Assembly: GCF_000007145.1 (NCBI RefSeq)
Contig: NC_003902.1
Span: forward strand, 310,325 to 342,324
Direction: 5' to 3'
Length of the DNA: 32,000 bases
Source: Xanthomonas campestris pv. campestris str. ATCC 33913
Lineage (GTDB): Bacteria; Pseudomonadota; Gammaproteobacteria; Xanthomonadales; Xanthomonadaceae
Of the stretch, positions 25,450-32,000 are shown in pieces. Within the stretch, counting starts at the first letter, position 1, and each line of letters opens with the position of its first letter. Made by a program: the position numbers and the translations under genes. Below the pieces are notes generated by a model. That model did not search any database. It saw only the letters and a program-made list of their open reading frames with translations, and was not told the DNA's origin.

Positions 25450-26013
25450 ATGTTGGTGCTGTTGAACAAGCCGTACGGTGTGCTGTCGCAATTCAGCGAC
25501 CGCTCCACGCCACCCAAGCGCACGCTGGCCGAGTTCGGCCTACCGCCGCAGGTGTATGCGGCCGGGCGCCTGGACCACGACAGCGAAGGCCTGCTGCTGC
25601 TCACCGACGACGGCCCGCTGGCGCATCGGCTGACCGACCCGCGCCACAAGCAGCCCAAGACCTATTGGGTGCAGGTGGAAGGCGACCCGGATACGTCACA
25701 GCTGCAGGCGCTGTGCGATGGGGTGCTGCTCAACGACGGCCCGACGCGCCCGGCCAACGTACGCAGGCTGGAGTGCGCACCGACGTTGTGGCCGCGCGAT
25801 CCGCCGGTGCGTGTGCGCAAGACCGTGCCCGATGCCTGGCTGGAAGTGCAGATCACCGAAGGACGTAACCGCCAGGTGCGCCGCATGACGGCATCGGTGG
25901 GCCTGCCCACCTTGCGCCTGGTGCGGGTGGCTATCGGTGCGTGGTCGCTGGCGTCGCTACAGCCCGGGCAATGGCGTGTGGACGACGCGCGTGCGGTGCG
26001 GCCGGCGCGTTGA
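25450..26013 (+). CDS. rluE: 23S rRNA pseudouridine synthase RluE (RsuA/RluE family)
   Basis: MLVLLNKPYGVLSQF ... GRLDHDSEGLLLLTDDG (catalytic Asp) ... GRNRQVRRM. An alternative upstream ATG lies at 25414. Confidence 0.85.
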   Translation: MLVLLNKPYGVLSQFSDRSTPPKRTLAEFGLPPQVYAAGRLDHDSEGLLLLTDDGPLAHRLTDPRHKQPKTYWVQVEGDPDTSQLQALCDGVLLNDGPTRPANVRRLECAPTLWPRDPPVRVRKTVPDAWLEVQITEGRNRQVRRMTASVGLPTLRLVRVAIGAWSLASLQPGQWRVDDARAVRPAR

Positions 26014-26052
26014 TCGGCCGAGGCCTGGGTCATGCTGGTCACGTCCAGCCGC
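25984..26052. repeat. About 69-nt copy of an internal hrpB segment (partner at 28703..28771, same orientation)
   Basis: Hand alignment at a constant offset of 2719 nt gives a 30-nt perfect run (25998-26027 = 28717-28746) plus flanks, with 9 mismatches in 69. The minus-strand reading RLDVTSMTQASADQRAGR compares with HrpB RLDVTSIAQASADQRAGR. Confidence 0.85.
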
Positions 26053-26220
26053 TGCGCTGAGAAGGCGGCCGGGCGTACAGGCGCGAACAGTGCTGATTGC
26101 GCCATCGATGCACGACGCTGCTCCGCGGTGCCACTGCCATACGGTCACCGGATGACGCTCGGTCGCGCAAATGGCTGCCAGCTTGCATGCAGTGTCTAGC
26201 GACTCACTGCTGAGTTGAAG

Positions 26221-26239
26221 ACGCATGACGCATGACGCA
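26221..26239. repeat. Heptanucleotide tandem repeat (ACGCATG) x2.7
   Basis: acgcatg acgcatg acgca, read directly from the sequence. Confidence 0.85.
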
Positions 26240-26240
26240 C

Positions 26241-26262
26241 GAACCAAGAACCAAGAACCAAG
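26241..26262. repeat. Heptanucleotide tandem repeat (GAACCAA) x3.1
   Basis: gaaccaa gaaccaa gaaccaa g, read directly from the sequence. Confidence 0.9.
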
Positions 26263-26308
26263 CCGCATGTGCATCCGGACATCGCCCAGAAACATCCGGT
26301 TCCACAAC

Positions 26309-26337
26309 GAAAAACGCCACGGTGTCAGCCGTGGCGT
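26309..26337 (-). terminator. Rho-independent terminator of the 26362..26793 gene (minus strand: ACGCCACGG-ctgaca-CCGTGGCGT-TTTTC)
   Basis: Perfect 9-bp stem, 6-nt loop and T5 on the minus strand, 24 nt after the stop. Confidence 0.8.
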
Positions 26338-26361
26338 CAAAGGGTGTTACAGCGCGGCTGC

Positions 26362-26793
26362 TTATTCGATGCCGTCGCTCGGTGTCACTGCACCGCGGCG
26401 CTGGTATGCGGCGCGACGGGCATTGGCGTTGCTCGCGTGCTCACGGTCCAGACGATGCACGTTGCCGCCCAGCACTTCCTGATCGCGCTTGCGCTTGCGA
26501 TACACCGCATAACCGATCAGGCCGAGGCCGGCGACCGCTGCGGCGACCGTGACGGCCGGATTGCGCTTGACCAGCCGCGTGGCAACCTTGCCACCGGTGC
26601 GCACGGCACCGAGCGCTGCGCCCGTCTTCAACCACTCGCTGGCACCAGGGCCGAAGTGGCGCAGGCTGCTGCCGGCATGACGTGCCTGGTCGCCCGCATT
26701 GGAAGCCGCGTGACGCAGGTGGTCGCCGGCATTGCCTGCCAGTTCCAGGGCACGCTCCAGGGCGCGTTCGGTGATCACTGTCAGCTTGCTCAT
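26362..26793 (-). CDS. Tail-anchored hypothetical protein, ElaB/YqjD/DUF883-like
   Basis: 143 aa. The N-terminal helical part carries repeated NAGD-x-x-RHA motifs. A single TM follows (NPAVTVAAAVAGLGLIGYAVYRKRKR), then a 35-aa extra tail. AAGGAAA RBS and its own terminator. Confidence 0.55.
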   Translation of the reverse strand: MSKLTVITERALERALELAGNAGDHLRHAASNAGDQARHAGSSLRHFGPGASEWLKTGAALGAVRTGGKVATRLVKRNPAVTVAAAVAGLGLIGYAVYRKRKRDQEVLGGNVHRLDREHASNANARRAAYQRRGAVTPSDGIE

Positions 26794-27189
26794 TGGGGGC
26801 GTTTCCTTTCTGAGTATCGTGGGGCGCAGTCTGTGCGCTGGCGCGTATAGGCAGTGTTAGCGCGGCCGCGCGCGTTTTGCTCGCGGTTAGGATTGGCGCA
26901 CGGCGGGCTGCTCGGCAGCGCTGGCCGGGCACGGCGGTTGGCGTGGGGCAGAGCACGCTGCGGACCGCAGTTTTGTCTGGGCAAGCGCAGCGCTCTGCAG
27001 CTGCACACGCGTACGTGGCGCTATCCGCGTGGCGCGTGCCAAAACAAAACCGAGGCTTTCGCGCACAGGCAAATCCCGGGACTTGTCCTGCGTGCCGCAT
27101 GGCCCGGTGCCAAGCCCACAGTTTTGCCGAGGTTCGCGCGTGCATCGCCCAGCACGCAATCCCTGCGCCCATGCAGCCGCACGATTGCC

Positions 27190-29691
27190 TCAGGTGCCCC
27201 TGGGTTTGGCCCGATGCGTGGCGTTGGCGGTCCAGGGATCGTCTGGCCAGGGGTGCCGCGGGTAGCGGCCTTTCATTTCCTTTTTGACGTCCGGGTAGGT
27301 GGTGGCCCAGCAGCTCTTCAGGTCCTGGGTCACCTGCAACGGCCGGCCGCCCGGGGAGAGCAGGTGCAGGGTGAGCGGGATGCGGCCATCGGCCACGCGT
27401 GGGGTTTCGGCCAGGCCGAACAGCTCCTGCAGCTTGACCGCCAGCACCGGCGGCAGCGGCTGCTGGTCGTGATCCAGCGCGTAGGTGATGGCACGCTCCA
27501 TGCCCGAGGGCACGCTGATGCGGGTGGGCGCGTGGCGGTCGATGGCCTGGCGGCGCTCCCAGGGCAGCGCGGCCTTGAGTGCATCGCCCAGGCTTGCTTC
27601 GTCCAGGGCATCCAGCCGCGTCTTGCCGGCAAACGCCGGGCGCAGCCAGTGGTCGAGCGAGGCCAGCAGTGCGGTGTCGGAGAGGTCCGGCAGGCCGAGT
27701 TCCGGCATCCAGGCGCGCAGCGAGACCACCCGCGCGCGCCACTGGCGCAGCCCCTCTGTCCACGGCAAGGCATCCAGCCCGAGCTGGCGGACCGCCTCGG
27801 TGAGCGCGGCGGCGGCCTGGGCCGGGTCGACGCGGCCGGCCGGGCGGCTATCCAGCACGATGCGGTCGAAGCTGGACTGCCGCCGTGCAACCAGTGCGCG
27901 TTTGTCGGCATCCCACTGCACCACGTCCTGCTGCACGAAGCGCTCGGGCACGCTCTGGCGCAGATAGCCTTCGTCCACCGGTGCGGCGCGCAGCAACAGG
28001 GCGTCCTTGGCTTCGTAACGCAATTCGCTGGCGACCAGCCACGGCTCGCCACGCAGGTCGCTGTGGTCGAACAGGCGCGCGCTGCGGCCATTGGCCAGCA
28101 GGTAGCGCAGCGGGTCAGTGGGATGACGTGCGGCGATGCGGTCCGGAAACGCATGCGAGAGCAAATCGCCCAGCGCATGCGCCTCCACGCTGGTGGGTGG
28201 GGTGGCATCGCAGCGCAGGCGGCGGCGCCACTGTTTGGCGGCGGCATCGATCGCGGCCAGCGCACCGCGGTTGGCATCCGCGCCAGTGCGGCCCTGGCGG
28301 AACGCGGCCAGCGCCCGCCAGCGCGCAGCCAGCCCGTCGCCGCCCTGGCGGAGGGGGTGGCGGGCTTCCAGCAGTGCGGCCAGGTCACAGGCCAGCGCCA
28401 GTCGCGCCGGCGTGCCGGCCTGTGCCAGCAGTGCGGCCAGGCGCGGGTGCGTGGCCAGGGCCAGCATCCGCCGTCCCAACGCGGTGATACCGCCCTCTGC
28501 GTTCAAACCGCCCAGCCGCTGCAACAGCTCGCGCGCGGCGGCCAGTGCGCCGCCGGGCGGGGCATCGACGAAGCGCAGCGCATCGCTGCCCCAGGCGGCC
28601 AGTTCCAGCGCCAGGCCGGTCAGTTCCACCTGGGTGATCTCGGCGCGGCGCTGCGGCTCCAGCCGCTGCGATTGCGGCCACAGCCGGTAGGCCCAGCCGC
28701 TGGCCACGCGCCCGGCGCGGCCGGCGCGTTGATCGGCCGAGGCCTGCGCGATGCTGGTCACATCCAGCCGCGAAAAGCCGCTGTTGGGGTCGTAATGCGG
28801 CTCGCGCGCCAGCCCGCTGTCGATCACCACGCGCACGCCCGGCAACGTCACCGACGACTCGGCCACGTTGGTGGCCAGCACTACGCGGCGCCGGCCCTGC
28901 GGGTCGGGCTGCAGCACCTGGCTTTGTGCCTCCACCGGCAGCTCGCCGTGCAGCGGCAGCAGTTGCATTGCTGGATCCAGAGCGTCCTGCAAGGCCGCCT
29001 GCACGCGTGCGATCTCGCGTTGACCGGGCAGGAACACCAGCACGTCGCCAGGATGCGTGGCCAGCGCATGTTCCACCGCGCGGCGGGTCTGCGGCTCCAG
29101 CGCTTCGTCGCGGCGCGCTGGAAAATGCGCCACTTCCACCGGGTAGCTGCGCCCGGCACTGCTCAGCCGCGGGGCATCGAGAAAACTGGCCAGGCGCTCG
29201 CCATCCAGCGTGGCCGACATTGCCACGATGCGCAGGTCCTCGCGCACCTGGCTCTGCACATCCAGCGCCAACGCCAGGCCCAGGTCGCCGGCCAGGTGCC
29301 GTTCGTGGAATTCGTCGAAGAGCAACGCACCCACGCGTTCCAGCATCGGGTCGTCCTGCAGCATGCGGGTCAGGATGCCCTCGGTGACCACCTCGATCCG
29401 CGTGCGCGCGGAGGTCTTGTTCTCAAAGCGGATGCGGTAGCCCACGGTCTCGCCGACCGGCTCGCCCAGCTGGCGCGCCATGAACAGCGCGGCGCTGCGC
29501 GCGGCCACCCGGCGCGGTTCCAGCATCACGATGCTGCGGCCCGCCAGCCAGGGCGCATCCAGCAGCGCCAACGGCACCTGGGTGGTCTTGCCGGCGCCGG
29601 GCGGCGCTTCCAGCACCAGACGCGGATGGGCGGCGAGGCTGTCGCGGATCTGCGGCAGCAGCGGGGAAATCGGAAAGGCGGGGTCACTCAT
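27190..29691 (-). CDS. hrpB: ATP-dependent DEAH-box RNA helicase HrpB
   Basis: 833 aa from MSDPAFPISPLLPQI. Motif I APPGAGKTTQVP, motif II DEFHERH, SAT (MSATLDG), motif VI QRAGRAGR, and the HrpB C-terminal domain. The track's TTG at 29700 is an alternative start. Confidence 0.92.
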   Translation of the reverse strand: MSDPAFPISPLLPQIRDSLAAHPRLVLEAPPGAGKTTQVPLALLDAPWLAGRSIVMLEPRRVAARSAALFMARQLGEPVGETVGYRIRFENKTSARTRIEVVTEGILTRMLQDDPMLERVGALLFDEFHERHLAGDLGLALALDVQSQVREDLRIVAMSATLDGERLASFLDAPRLSSAGRSYPVEVAHFPARRDEALEPQTRRAVEHALATHPGDVLVFLPGQREIARVQAALQDALDPAMQLLPLHGELPVEAQSQVLQPDPQGRRRVVLATNVAESSVTLPGVRVVIDSGLAREPHYDPNSGFSRLDVTSIAQASADQRAGRAGRVASGWAYRLWPQSQRLEPQRRAEITQVELTGLALELAAWGSDALRFVDAPPGGALAAARELLQRLGGLNAEGGITALGRRMLALATHPRLAALLAQAGTPARLALACDLAALLEARHPLRQGGDGLAARWRALAAFRQGRTGADANRGALAAIDAAAKQWRRRLRCDATPPTSVEAHALGDLLSHAFPDRIAARHPTDPLRYLLANGRSARLFDHSDLRGEPWLVASELRYEAKDALLLRAAPVDEGYLRQSVPERFVQQDVVQWDADKRALVARRQSSFDRIVLDSRPAGRVDPAQAAAALTEAVRQLGLDALPWTEGLRQWRARVVSLRAWMPELGLPDLSDTALLASLDHWLRPAFAGKTRLDALDEASLGDALKAALPWERRQAIDRHAPTRISVPSGMERAITYALDHDQQPLPPVLAVKLQELFGLAETPRVADGRIPLTLHLLSPGGRPLQVTQDLKSCWATTYPDVKKEMKGRYPRHPWPDDPWTANATHRAKPRGT

Positions 29692-29852
29692 GCGCGGCAA
29701 GGATACTGGGGGCGGGTGGCGCGGGCGATGACCGGCCGTGTCCGGGACCGACCCGCACGGTGTCCGTGGCCCGTCCGCCGTGGCCTGCCGCAGACTTCAG
29801 TGCCAGGCAGGCGCGTCGATATCAATAGGACATCCTCCAGTGAATCTCCGAT

Positions 29853-31970
29853 ATGTCCTCCCCGTCCCCCCGCTTCATCAGTCTGCAAAGCAAATTGCTT
29901 GGCGCGCTCGCGCTGGGTCTATCGATCATCCTGCTGTGCGCGCTCGGGGGGCTGGGAACCGCGTGGTTGAGCCTGTCCGGCAAGGTGCCGCTGGAAGTGG
30001 CGCAGGCATCGGCGAGCGAAGAGGTCACCCGCGATTTCCGCATGCAGGTGCAGGAATGGAAAAATGTGCTGATCCGCGGCCGCGACCCGGCGCAGCTGGA
30101 CAAGCACTTGAGTGCCTTCCGCGCGCAGGGCAGCAAGGTGCAGGCCGGTACCGAAGCGCTGACCAAGACCCTGTCGGATGCGCAGGCACGCGCGCTGGCG
30201 CAGGAATTCGCCAAGGCGCATCTGACTCTGCAGGCGCATTACGAAGCCGCTTTGGGCAAGTTCGCCGATGCCGGCTATGACACCCAAGTGGGCGATGCGC
30301 TGGTGAAGGGGCAGGACCGCGCGCCCAGCCAGGCCCTGGAGGCACTGGTGACCCGCGCCAAGACGCTGGCCGACGCCGCGGTGCTCGCCAGTGCCCAGGC
30401 AGCGCAGCAGAAGCTGGTGTATGCCGGCGTGGCGACGATTGCCGCGGCGCTGTGCCTGGTGGTGGTGCTGGGTTGGTGGATCCGCCGCTCCATCGTGCGC
30501 CCGATCGAAATCGTGGCGCGCGCGGCGCGTTCGGTGGCGGCCGGCGATCTGGCCGCACGTGCGGTGATCGGCAACCGCGATGAAATCGGCCTGCTGGGCC
30601 AGGCCATGACCCAGGTGGTCAGCACGCTCGCCGATGTTTCCAGCGCGCAGGCCGACATGGCGCAGCGGCATGAAGCCGGCGAAATGAGCTACCGGATGGA
30701 CGCCGACGCATTCCCGGGCGCCTACGGCCGCATGGTGGGCGACACCAACGGCCTGGTGGGTGCGCAGGTGGGCCTGATCGGCGACATGTTGCAGGTGATG
30801 CAGCATTACGCGGTGGGCGACATGTCGGTGGACATGCCGCGTTTGCCGGGCGAAAAGGCGCGCATCACCGAAGCCATGGACACCACCAAGCACAACCTGG
30901 CCGCCATCAACGGCGAAATCCGCGGGCTGGTCGAGGCCGCGGCAGCCGGCGACTTCGCCACGCGCGGCAATGCGCAGGCGTATCAGTTCGAATTCCGCGG
31001 CATGGTGGACGGCCTCAATGGTTTGATGCACAACGTGGACCACAACCTGGGCGAGCTGTCGCAGTTGCTCAAGGCCATTGCCGACGGCGACCTGACCGCG
31101 CGCATGCACGGCAACCAGCAAGGCGTGTTCGCGCGCATGCGTGACGATGCCAACGCCACCGTGCAGCGGCTCACCGACATCGTCGGCGACATCACGCTGG
31201 CGGCGCAGACCATCCGCACTGCTTCGGCGGAAATTGCCGCCGGCAATGCCGACCTGGCCCAACGCACCGAACAACAGGCAGCCAACCTGGAAGAAACGGC
31301 CGCCTCGATGGAGGAACTTACCTCGACCGTGCGGCAGAACGCCGACACCGCGCAGCAGGCCAGTCGCGGCGCGCAGGCGGCAGCCGACATCGCCGGCCGT
31401 GGCGGCGACATGGTGGGCAGCGTGGTGGAGACGATGGGCGAGATCGAAGTGTCGTCAAAGAAGATCGCCGAGATCATCAGCGTCATCGACGGCATCGCGT
31501 TCCAGACCAATATCCTGGCCCTGAACGCCGCGGTAGAAGCTGCGCGCGCCGGCGAGCAGGGCCGTGGATTTGCGGTAGTGGCCTCGGAAGTGCGTGCGCT
31601 GGCGCAGCGCTCGGCCGGTGCCGCCAAGGAGGTCAAGCACTTGATCGACGCCTCGGTCGACAGCGTCGAACGCGGCAGTGCACGGGTGGAGCAGGCCGGG
31701 CAGACCATGCAGCAGATCGTGCAGTCGGTGCAGCAGGTCACCACCTTGATCGCGGAGATTTCTGCGGCGTCGCGCGAGCAGTCGTCCGGCATCGAACAGG
31801 TGGCACGCACGGTCAACGACATGGACGAAACCACCCAGCGCAACGCCGCGCTGGTGGAAGAAGCCTCGGCCGCGGCACGTGCGATGGAAGAACAGGCCGT
31901 GGAACTGAGCGAAGCGGTCTCGGTGTTCCGCCTGGATGCACGTCGCCCGCGTCTGGTGGCGGCTGCCTGA
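29853..31970 (+). CDS. Methyl-accepting chemotaxis protein (two TM helices, 4-helix-bundle-type periplasmic sensor, HAMP repeats, MA signalling domain)
   Basis: 705 aa. TM1 is LLGALALGLSIILLCALGGLG and TM2 is YAGVATIAAALCLVVVLGWW. A HAMP domain follows (IVRPIEIVARAARSVAAGDL), then the conserved hairpin EQQAANLEETAASMEELTSTVRQNAD...IAFQTNILALNAAVEAARAGEQGRGFAVVASEVR. Confidence 0.9.
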   Translation: MSSPSPRFISLQSKLLGALALGLSIILLCALGGLGTAWLSLSGKVPLEVAQASASEEVTRDFRMQVQEWKNVLIRGRDPAQLDKHLSAFRAQGSKVQAGTEALTKTLSDAQARALAQEFAKAHLTLQAHYEAALGKFADAGYDTQVGDALVKGQDRAPSQALEALVTRAKTLADAAVLASAQAAQQKLVYAGVATIAAALCLVVVLGWWIRRSIVRPIEIVARAARSVAAGDLAARAVIGNRDEIGLLGQAMTQVVSTLADVSSAQADMAQRHEAGEMSYRMDADAFPGAYGRMVGDTNGLVGAQVGLIGDMLQVMQHYAVGDMSVDMPRLPGEKARITEAMDTTKHNLAAINGEIRGLVEAAAAGDFATRGNAQAYQFEFRGMVDGLNGLMHNVDHNLGELSQLLKAIADGDLTARMHGNQQGVFARMRDDANATVQRLTDIVGDITLAAQTIRTASAEIAAGNADLAQRTEQQAANLEETAASMEELTSTVRQNADTAQQASRGAQAAADIAGRGGDMVGSVVETMGEIEVSSKKIAEIISVIDGIAFQTNILALNAAVEAARAGEQGRGFAVVASEVRALAQRSAGAAKEVKHLIDASVDSVERGSARVEQAGQTMQQIVQSVQQVTTLIAEISAASREQSSGIEQVARTVNDMDETTQRNAALVEEASAAARAMEEQAVELSEAVSVFRLDARRPRLVAAA

Positions 31971-32000
31971 GCAAGCGCATCGACCTGGCGATGTGGCCGT

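Noticed and set aside
26854-29970. 1038-aa + strand ORF, the longest in the window
   Set aside because: It is antisense to hrpB, whose DEAH motifs I-VI are all present on the minus strand. Its translation is Arg/Ala/Gln/Gly-rich with no recognisable domain, and it runs across two intergenic regions.
29919-31274. 451-aa minus-strand ORF
   Set aside because: It is antisense to the MCP gene, whose highly conserved signalling hairpin reads on the + strand.

Overview
High-GC (~65%) chromosomal segment that looks like Xanthomonas core genome with a few accessory insertions. All calls come from reading the sequence and ORF track and recalling family motifs; no BLAST or HMM search was run.

Gene order, left to right:
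- liu leucine-catabolism genes (partial MCCase beta subunit, isovaleryl-CoA dehydrogenase) with a divergent TetR regulator.
- A RES/Xre toxin-antitoxin pair.
- A tightly coupled four-gene minus-strand operon (DUF4198, DUF3649, PepSY-TM, DUF3325) behind a Fur-box-like site.
- A membrane-anchored cytochrome c5 and a secreted ExeM/NucH-type nuclease.
- A divergent MerC-like / COG0523 GTPase pair sharing a Zur-box-like palindrome.
- A Pro/Gln-rich candidate type III effector (XopR-like) preceded by a perfect PIP box.
- An EamA transporter, an alpha/beta hydrolase, and ZapE coupled to a DUF1963-like gene.
- ohrR-ohr followed by an esterase gene broken by two in-frame TAG codons.
- About 590 bp of decayed non-coding DNA, then an orphan gene.
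- A minus-strand aldo-keto reductase / MDR reductase cluster and an exported methyltransferase.
- rluE flanked by heptanucleotide tandem repeats.
- A DUF883-like tail-anchored protein, the DEAH helicase HrpB and an MCP.

Most interesting observations:
1. The Fur-box DUF4198-PepSY operon has no outer-membrane receptor gene in the window.
2. The PIP-box effector locus.
3. The single Zur-type operator in a 61-bp divergent region.
4. A ~69-nt copy of an internal hrpB segment (helicase motif VI) forms the 3' end of rluE, 2.7 kb from its source, inside a VNTR-rich spacer.
5. The ohr-linked esterase carries two amber codons exactly 60 nt apart.

No rRNA, tRNA, CRISPR array or recognisable transposase was seen. 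Many long ORFs in the track are antisense or out-of-frame high-GC artefacts.
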